Origin: Alphaproteobacteria bacterium
GTDB lineage: Bacteria; Pseudomonadota; Alphaproteobacteria; Geminicoccales; Geminicoccaceae
Assembly: GCA_026984595.1 (NCBI GenBank)
Contig: JALSRW010000405.1
Coordinates: 1 to 43,835, forward strand
Reading direction: 5' to 3'
Length of the DNA: 43,835 nt
The notes under the pieces were generated by a model. The model did no database searches, was not told the origin of the DNA, and worked only from the letters and a program-made list of their open reading frames with translations. Both the position numbers and the translations under genes were made by a program. Below, in pieces: positions 37,823-43,835 of this stretch (its first letter is position 1; every line of letters starts with the position of its first letter).

Positions 37823-38329
37823 ATGAACTGGAAAGACCTGGTGAAATCGGTCGCCCCGGTGCTCGGCACCGCCCTCGGTGGCCCCTTCGGGGGCATGGCC
37901 ACCCGCTGGCTCGCCGGCAGGCTGCTGGGCGACGAAAACGCAAACGAAGCCGAGCTGGAAAGCGCCATCGCCACCGCCAGCCCGGACACCTTCGCCCGGC
38001 TGCGAGAGCTGGACAACGAGTTCCGCCTGGAGATGAAACGGATCGGCATCGAGGAGAAACAGCTCGAGGCGCAGGATCGCGCCAGCGCCCGAAGCCTGGC
38101 CAAGGTCAACATGCTGCCGCACATCGTCATCAGCGGCATCTACGTCGTCGCCTTCGCCATCGTCCTCTACCTCGTGTTCACCGCCACCATCGACATGACC
38201 CAGATGCAGGAGCGCGTCATGATGTACCTGCTCGGCATCCTCTCCGCCGGCCTCCTCCAGATCATGAATTTCTGGTTCGGCTCCAGCAGCGGCTCCAAGC
38301 AGAAAGACGCAAAACTCGCGCCGCGATGA
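37823..38329 (+). CDS. Holin (3-TM, GTA_holin_3TM-like)
   Basis: N-terminus MNWKDLVKSVAPVLGTALGGPFGGMA, hydrophobic C-terminal segments, and the ending FGSSSGSKQK, all typical for this holin family as I recall it. Confidence 0.8.
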   Translation: MNWKDLVKSVAPVLGTALGGPFGGMATRWLAGRLLGDENANEAELESAIATASPDTFARLRELDNEFRLEMKRIGIEEKQLEAQDRASARSLAKVNMLPHIVISGIYVVAFAIVLYLVFTATIDMTQMQERVMMYLLGILSAGLLQIMNFWFGSSSGSKQKDAKLAPR

Positions 38330-38482
38330 GCGACGCATCACGCCCGCCGGATCCTTCTACAATCGCCGAAACGCCATCAAGAAAATCAAAGGTTTGCGAA
38401 AACCGCGAAGACGGGGTTTGTAGAAACGCCGATTCCGAATATCCTTTTTCGATCAAAGCGCAACGTCCATGTCCGCCGCTGC

Positions 38483-38527
38483 TTCGTAATCAGTAGGTCG
38501 GAGGTTCGACTCCTCTCGTCGGCACCA
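38483..38527 (+). tRNA. tRNA-Thr(CGU) 3'-terminal fragment (partial; probable attR core), not a complete tRNA
   Basis: Reads as anticodon loop TTCGTAA, stem TCAGT, variable loop AGGTC, T-arm GGAGG-TTCGACT-CCTCT, acceptor strand CGTCGGC, discriminator A, CCA. No complementary 5' acceptor strand (GCCGACG) or D-arm is present upstream. Confidence 0.7.
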
Positions 38528-38601
38528 CTTCCCTGTTCCATCGGTTTCCGCCCAACCGCCCCGGGTGCTATTCTCGGACTGTTTCCCCCAAGCGGTCCGC
38601 C

Positions 38602-40344
38602 ATGAAACTGTTCGCCAGAAACGATGCCGGCCTGATTTCGCCCGCCCTGCTGCGGCGGGCGGATCTGGCGGCCTTCGCCAATCTGCCCCGTGCCTACCGG
38701 AACCCCGATCGGACCCTGGCGGAACCGGAGGCGGTGCGCGCCCGTCTCGAGGCTCTGACCCATCAGCCGGAACGCCTGCTTGAGGATGCCCGGCACCTGC
38801 TGGCCGGCTACAACCTCCAGCGGTTGCGGCCCGAGAAACGCGAGGCGCTGGCCCGCCAGATCCTGCAGATCGTCTATCCCGTGGTGGCGCGAATCCACGA
38901 CAAGGCCCGGGATCGGGTCAGCAGCCTCCCCGAGAGCCCGTCCCGCCGGGCGCATCTCACGGCTGCCATCGGGGTGCTGGAACAGCTGGCCATTGCCTGG
39001 AAGCATCTGTACCGGGAAACCTGGCATCGCGACGTCCGGCGTTATCGCAAGCAGCGGGATGCCATCTACCGCCATGGCTTTCGCGCGCTCGAGATGCTGT
39101 TCCTCGAACAGCGGTTGCGTGCCCTGCGTTTCCAGAAGTTGCCGCGCAACGCCTGGGTGGACGTGAACCACGTCTTCTTCGCCCAGATCCTGCATGACGA
39201 CATCGAAGCTCCCCTGCCGCTGACCGGCTTCGTGGGCCTGCGCCGGCGCAGCGGGCAGAGCGGGGCGACGTCCCGGCCGCAGACCAGCCTGCAGCGCCTG
39301 TATCTGTCCATCCAGTTGTTCGGCGTGCTCGACGTGAGCAGCTGGCCGACCAGCCTGTTCACGGTGCCCGACGCCTATCTCGATTCCCTCGATACCGGCA
39401 TCGAGTTGCGGCGCGACGATGGCGAGCCGCTGGCGCCCGGCACCCTCATTACCTGGCTGAATCACGATGCGCCGCCGGTTTTCGAGCGGCCGGCGGAGCT
39501 GGCCGAACCGGCCCTGCAACTGGATTACACGGCGTACTACAACCGCCTGATGCAGGATTACGAGACGATTGCGGAGATGCGATTCCTCGACGACTTCGAT
39601 CCCCGTCGGATCAGCACCCCCCTGCGGCGGCTCGAGGACGAAGATCGCGTGCCGGTGCTGCAGCTCATGCTGAGCGCCCTGCACAAACGGGAACGTCGGT
39701 CCCGCCGTCATGCAGTGGTGGGGGAGAACCACATCCGGGTCTGGTTCGGCCTGGGGGAGGTGGCGGCCCGGCTGCTGGAGACGGCGACGCCGGAATGGCG
39801 CCATCGCCTGCGCTCGCGGGAGTTTCGCGAGGCCCTGGGCCAGGCTGCGAAACTGGCGCTTGGCGATGCGCGGGGCGAGTCCGGCGGCCATTGGCAACTG
39901 GTCAACTTCAGTGCCGGCGGCATCCTGATCAGCGCCCTGGATGGCGAGTTCGGCCAGCCGGTCGCCCTTGGCCAGCTGGTGGCCTTCCTGCCTTCCGACG
40001 AAGCCGGAGCGCCCTCGATCGGGTATGTCTGCCGGCTGAACCGGCCCCAGGATCGGGTCGTCGAGGTGGGAATCACCCGCCTGGCCACCGCGGCCGAGCT
40101 GGTCATTCTCGACATCCCGGACACCGACGGTCAGGCGCGGATCCCGGCAATGCTGCTGCACGATCAGGACGGTGCAGGGTACGTGGTGTGCGAACCGGAC
40201 GACCGCCTGCAACCCGGCCTGCCGCTGAAATTGCAGCGGGGCGATGGCGAGCATCCCGCCCGCCTGGGCGAGCTGCGCCTGTCGAAACCGGAATTCAACC
40301 TGTTCGAACTGCGCTCGCCGGGGTTGGGCCGCGCGCCGCGCTGA
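38602..40344 (+). CDS. Host hypothetical protein with a PilZ-like C-terminal region (580 aa)
   Basis: RRSRRH followed by WQLVNFSAGGILI (RxxxR ... D/NxSxxG pattern). First gene beyond attR. Confidence 0.6.
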   Translation: MKLFARNDAGLISPALLRRADLAAFANLPRAYRNPDRTLAEPEAVRARLEALTHQPERLLEDARHLLAGYNLQRLRPEKREALARQILQIVYPVVARIHDKARDRVSSLPESPSRRAHLTAAIGVLEQLAIAWKHLYRETWHRDVRRYRKQRDAIYRHGFRALEMLFLEQRLRALRFQKLPRNAWVDVNHVFFAQILHDDIEAPLPLTGFVGLRRRSGQSGATSRPQTSLQRLYLSIQLFGVLDVSSWPTSLFTVPDAYLDSLDTGIELRRDDGEPLAPGTLITWLNHDAPPVFERPAELAEPALQLDYTAYYNRLMQDYETIAEMRFLDDFDPRRISTPLRRLEDEDRVPVLQLMLSALHKRERRSRRHAVVGENHIRVWFGLGEVAARLLETATPEWRHRLRSREFREALGQAAKLALGDARGESGGHWQLVNFSAGGILISALDGEFGQPVALGQLVAFLPSDEAGAPSIGYVCRLNRPQDRVVEVGITRLATAAELVILDIPDTDGQARIPAMLLHDQDGAGYVVCEPDDRLQPGLPLKLQRGDGEHPARLGELRLSKPEFNLFELRSPGLGRAPR

Positions 40345-40352
40345 CGAGATGC

Positions 40353-41198
40353 TTATCCGTCGTCCTCGAAACGCAGGGACAGATCCACCGCCTTCACATC
40401 CTTGGTCAGGCTGCCTATGGAGATGAAGTCCACGCCGGTTTCGGCCACGGCGCGCACGTTGTCGAGGGTGATGCCGCCGGAGGCTTCCAGGGGCACGCGG
40501 CCGGCGGTGAGGGCCACGGCTTCGCGCAGGCGGGCGCAGTCCATGTTGTCGAGCAGGATGCGATCCACCCCGGCGTCGATGGCCTCGCGCAACTGGTTCA
40601 TGTCCTCCACTTCCACTTCGACGGGAATGTCCGGGTCCTGCCGCCGCGCGGCGTCCACGGCCTTGCCGATGCTCCCGGCCGCGGCGATGTGGTTTTCCTT
40701 GATCAGCACCATGTCGAACAGCCCGAAGCGGTGATTGTATCCCCCGCCGCAGGTGACGGCGTATTTCTGGGCCCGGCGCAGGCCGGGCAGGGTCTTGCGG
40801 GTGTCGAGGATCCGGCAGCCGGTGCCGGCCACGGCCTCCACGTAGCGCCGGGTGACGGTGGCGGTGGCCGAGAGGGTTTGCAGAAAGTTGAGCGCGGTGC
40901 GCTCCGCGGTCAGCAGGGCACGGGCCGGCCCGTGCAGGGTGCACAGCAGGGTGTCAGGGCCGACCCGGTCGCCGTCGGCCACCCGCCAGTCGAGCACGAC
41001 CTCGCCGGCGCACTGGTGAAAGGTTTCCCCGACCCAGGAAATACCGCAGATCACGGCCGATTCCCGGCACCACAAAGCGGCACGCGCCCGACGTTCTTGC
41101 GGAATCAGCGCCGCGCTCACGTCTCCCGTGCCCACGTCCTCGGCCAGTGCCAGGCGAACCTGTTCCCGGATCAGGGCCTCATCGATGACGGGCTTCAT
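40353..41198 (-). CDS. nadC: Nicotinate-nucleotide pyrophosphorylase (quinolinate phosphoribosyltransferase)
   Basis: LTAERTALNFLQ..S..AT, ILDTRKT.PGLR...KYAV.CGGG.NHR.GL.D..LIKENH, ...EVEVE....L..A...G.D.ILLDNM. Confidence 0.93.
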   Translation of the reverse strand: MKPVIDEALIREQVRLALAEDVGTGDVSAALIPQERRARAALWCRESAVICGISWVGETFHQCAGEVVLDWRVADGDRVGPDTLLCTLHGPARALLTAERTALNFLQTLSATATVTRRYVEAVAGTGCRILDTRKTLPGLRRAQKYAVTCGGGYNHRFGLFDMVLIKENHIAAAGSIGKAVDAARRQDPDIPVEVEVEDMNQLREAIDAGVDRILLDNMDCARLREAVALTAGRVPLEASGGITLDNVRAVAETGVDFISIGSLTKDVKAVDLSLRFEDDG

Positions 41199-42565
41199 GT
41201 GCGCTCTCCGGCCAGGCGCTGGAAATAGTCGTTGCGCAAGCGGCGGACGACGCCGGCAAGCAGGATGAGGCTGATCAGGTTGGGAATGGCCATGAACATG
41301 TTGGCGATGTCGGCGAAGTTCCAGACCAGCTTCAGCGGTACCGCGGCACCGACCACCACCAGTACCGTATAGACGATCCGGTAGGGCAGCACTGCCCGGC
41401 TGCCGAACAGGAATTCGGCACTGCGATCCCCGTAGTACGACCAGGCGATGATGGTCGAATAGGCAAAGAACATCAGGCCGAAGCCCACCACCCAGCTGCC
41501 GGCCTGTCCCAGTGCCTGTTCGAAGGCGAAGGCGGAAAGGGCCGCGCCGGTGAGTTCCGCCGGGCGCTGTTCACCCCAGGCGCCCATGATCACGATCACC
41601 AGAGCGGTCATGGTGCAAATCACCAGGGTATCGATGAACGGCCCGAGCATGGCCACCAGCCCTTCGCGCACCGGCTCCCGGGTGCGGGCGGCCGCATGGG
41701 CCATCGGCGCCGATCCCAGCCCGGCTTCGTTGGAGAACACGCCCCGTGCCACGCCATAGCGCATGGCCTCGCCGATGGCCGCACCGCCCACGGCCCAGGG
41801 ATTGAGGGCCATTTCGAAAATGGTGGCGAAGGCGGCGGGGATGCGATCCAGATGCAGCAGGAGGATCAGGATGGCCGCCGCGCAATAGGCCACGGCCATG
41901 AAAGGCACGATGCGAGACGTGACCCGGGCAATACGGCGGATCCCGCCGATGATCACCAGGCCCACCAGGATGGCCAGCACCACGCCGATGAACAGGCCAT
42001 GCTCGCGCGCGGCCGGAAAGATGTAGGCCAGCCCGTCGGCGACCGAGTTGGCCTGGACCATGTTGCCGATCCCGAAGGAGGCCAGCAGGGCGAAAACCGC
42101 AAAGGCGGCGCCGGTGCGGTGCATGCCCAGGCCCCTGGCCAGGGTGTACATGGGGCCGCCGGAGACACTGCCATCGGGATGCATCTGGCGATAGCGCAGG
42201 GCCAGGGTGCAGGAGGTGAACTTGGTGGCCATCCCGAACAGGGCGGTGATCCACATCCAGAACACGGCGCCGGGCCCGCCGAGGGCAATGGCCGTGGCCA
42301 CCCCGGCGATGTTGCCGGTGCCGATGGTGGCCGAAAGGGCAGTGGACAAGGCCTGGAAATGGGTGACTTCGCCCGGGTCGTCGTGCCGGTCGTAGCGACC
42401 GCTGACCAGCCCCCAGGCATGCCGAAAGCCCCGGAACTGGATGAACCCCAGCCGCAGGGTGAGCCAGACGCCGGTGCCGACCAGCAACACGATGGCCGGC
42501 AGGCCCCAGACCTGGCCGGCGACCACGCCGCTGAGATGGGTCAACTGTTCAAGCATGCTGGACAT
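41195..42565 (-). CDS. Alanine/glycine:cation symporter (AGCS family)
   Basis: Signature segments ...FRGFRHAW...[38 protein letters not shown]... in a multi-TM protein. ATGA overlap with nadC. Confidence 0.9.
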   Translation of the reverse strand: MSSMLEQLTHLSGVVAGQVWGLPAIVLLVGTGVWLTLRLGFIQFRGFRHAWGLVSGRYDRHDDPGEVTHFQALSTALSATIGTGNIAGVATAIALGGPGAVFWMWITALFGMATKFTSCTLALRYRQMHPDGSVSGGPMYTLARGLGMHRTGAAFAVFALLASFGIGNMVQANSVADGLAYIFPAAREHGLFIGVVLAILVGLVIIGGIRRIARVTSRIVPFMAVAYCAAAILILLLHLDRIPAAFATIFEMALNPWAVGGAAIGEAMRYGVARGVFSNEAGLGSAPMAHAAARTREPVREGLVAMLGPFIDTLVICTMTALVIVIMGAWGEQRPAELTGAALSAFAFEQALGQAGSWVVGFGLMFFAYSTIIAWSYYGDRSAEFLFGSRAVLPYRIVYTVLVVVGAAVPLKLVWNFADIANMFMAIPNLISLILLAGVVRRLRNDYFQRLAGERT

Positions 42566-42809
42566 GGGGAGTTTCCGTTTTGCGCGGATGGTAGCACGCC
42601 TCGACAGGCCGTTGAAAAAGCCCCGGCATGGGCCGTTTGTCCCCGGGGAAGGGAATGCGCGGTTTTCCCTTTCCTTGCGTTTTCAATCCCCTGGCGTCGT
42701 GGACAATGGCGAGGCATTCCTGCATCGCACACCGCCCGTCGATCATGGCCGGTTCCCGGGCCCCGGTGATGATGGTAAGGTAGGCGGAGCCTGGTGGTGC
42801 GACCGTGCC

Positions 42810-43547
42810 GTGAAAGAGTATCTTCTGCCCCTGCTGCGATCCCTGTTCGAAAGCCTGCGCGATCTGCTGCCGATTCTGCTGGTGATCGCCTTCTTCCAGC
42901 TGGTGGTTCTGCACCAGCCCATTCCCCATCTTGGGGAGTTGCTGTGGGGCACGGCCCTGGTGGTACTGGGGTTGACCTTGTTCGTGCAGGGGCTGGCAAT
43001 GGGCCTGTTTCCGCTGGGCGAGGGCATGGCCTACGATTTCGCCCGCAAGGGCAGTCTGGTCTGGCTGCTGGTCTTCTCCTTTGCCCTCGGTTTCGGTACC
43101 ACGGTGGCCGAGCCCGCACTCATCGCCGTGGCCGACGAGGCCGCCCAGGTGGCCGCCAGCGGGGGCAGCATCGAGAACGACGACGCGGCCCGCAAGCGCT
43201 ACGCCACCGGTCTGCGCCTGACCGTTGCGCTCTCGGTGGGCATTGCCATCCTCATCGGCGTGCTGCGCATCCTGCGTGGCTGGCCCATCCAGTATCTGAT
43301 CATCGGGGGCTATCTGGGCGTGGTGATCATGACCATCTTCGCCCCGCCCGAGATCATCGGCATCGCCTACGATTCGGGCGGGGTGACCACCTCCACCATC
43401 ACGGTGCCCCTGGTCACGGCGCTGGGCGTGGGCCTGGCTTCGAGCATCCGGGGCCGCAATCCCATGACCGACGGCTTCGGCCTGATTGCCTTCGCCTCGC
43501 TCACGCCCATGATCTTCGTCATGGGCTACGGGATGCTGATCGGATGA
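42810..43547 (+). CDS. DUF1538-family membrane protein (start uncertain)
   Basis: [15 protein letters not shown]...[18 protein letters not shown]...[23 protein letters not shown] at 42810 was chosen as the start. The upstream part of the track ORF overlaps the symporter gene on the other strand. Confidence 0.7.
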   Translation: MKEYLLPLLRSLFESLRDLLPILLVIAFFQLVVLHQPIPHLGELLWGTALVVLGLTLFVQGLAMGLFPLGEGMAYDFARKGSLVWLLVFSFALGFGTTVAEPALIAVADEAAQVAASGGSIENDDAARKRYATGLRLTVALSVGIAILIGVLRILRGWPIQYLIIGGYLGVVIMTIFAPPEIIGIAYDSGGVTTSTITVPLVTALGVGLASSIRGRNPMTDGFGLIAFASLTPMIFVMGYGMLIG

Positions 43548-43835
43548 ACGGTCACTTCCTCCAGGCCCTGGCCGGCACGCTGCTCGACGTGCTGCCCATC
43601 GCCGCCATCATCTTCGGCTTCCAGGTGTTCGTGATCCGGCGGCCCATCGCCAACCTGCGCCGGGTGCTGCTCGGCTTTCTCTATGTGCTGCTGGGGCTGG
43701 CCCTGTTCCTCGACGGCCTGGAACAGGCGCTCTTCCCGCTCGGCCGCCTGATGGCCGAGCAGCTCACGGATCCGGGCTTCCTGCACGGGGGAGGCATGGC
43801 GCTCGACTGGCGTGACTACCTGTACGTTTACCTGT
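43544..43835 (+). CDS. Second DUF1538-family membrane protein (3' end beyond window)
   Basis: ATGA overlap with the previous gene. My translation is [34 protein letters not shown]...[14 protein letters not shown]. Confidence 0.7.
   Translation, partial: MNGHFLQALAGTLLDVLPIAAIIFGFQVFVIRRPIANLRRVLLGFLYVLLGLALFLDGLEQALFPLGRLMAEQLTDPGFLHGGGMALDWRDYLYVYL

Larger units (their letters stand above)
1..38527. mobile_element. Integrated temperate phage (prophage); left end outside window, right boundary at attR tRNA fragment
   Basis: Contiguous phage modules: immunity switch (7240-8148), O/P-like replication (8934-10305), terS/terL/portal/scaffold/capsid (11815-22425), tail genes, lysis genes (37256-38329). 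These are followed by a tRNA 3' fragment and housekeeping genes. No integrase in the window. Confidence 0.85.

Noticed and set aside
38452-38527. Possible complete tRNA gene
   Set aside because: The 3' 45 nt fold perfectly, but the upstream 30 nt lack the complementary acceptor strand and a D-arm. Called as a fragment/att core only.
38386-40944. 852-aa minus-strand ORF spanning attR, the PilZ-like gene and nadC
   Set aside because: It crosses the prophage junction and two well-supported genes, and its composition is nonsense.
42566-42809. Possible riboswitch (for example glycine) upstream of the alanine/glycine symporter
   Set aside because: I could not find the conserved glycine-riboswitch core or any other familiar riboswitch motif on the minus strand. 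There is only a weak hairpin with a T-run.
1-43835. Searched for integrase/excisionase, transposases, a reverse transcriptase/DGR (this virion gene style recalls BPP-1-like podoviruses), CRISPR arrays and rRNA
   Set aside because: None recognised in any frame. There are no template/variable repeat pairs near the tail fibre. The integrase presumably lies left of the window.

Overview
High-GC proteobacterial DNA (about two thirds G+C by eye, not computed). Positions 1-38527 are most of an integrated temperate phage with podovirus-type virion genes and a lambda-like regulatory layout. Its left end (integrase, attL) lies outside the window. Its right end is a 45-nt tRNA-Thr(CGU) 3' fragment (attR). 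Gene order from the left: ParB-like gene; RelE/HigB-type TA pair; a leftward early operon of small, translationally coupled ORFs including a phage csrA; a PL-like promoter; a lower-GC cassette (C5-MTase, Vsr, GHKL-ATPase/nuclease fusion, TM protein) in the rexAB position downstream of a non-S24 CI-like repressor; PR and a Cro-like gene; an O-like initiator with ori iterons inside the gene and a P-like loader; a Q-position gene followed by a terminator; terS; terL interrupted by an intein; portal; six unknown ORFs; scaffold; major capsid; adaptor and nozzle candidates; internal virion proteins including a 2129-aa polyvalent PLxRFG protein; a tail fibre with a 7-blade propeller; GH108 endolysin; 3TM holin. 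Positions 38602-43835 are host backbone (PilZ-like protein, nadC, alanine/glycine:cation symporter, two DUF1538 genes). Most notable observations: (1) the MTase-Vsr-GHKL/nuclease-TM cassette co-oriented with the repressor; (2) a terL intein whose HNH endonuclease is encoded in a different frame from the Hint domain; (3) a second place, inside the giant virion gene, where the coding signal leaves the long ORF frame for a 69-codon embedded ORF; (4) an in-frame amber codon in the conserved N-terminus of that giant gene; (5) one 15-bp operator reused in the spacers of two near-identical promoters, with apparently leaderless cI-like and cro-like genes. Many long ORFs in the supplied track are GC-rich shadow frames and were not called.
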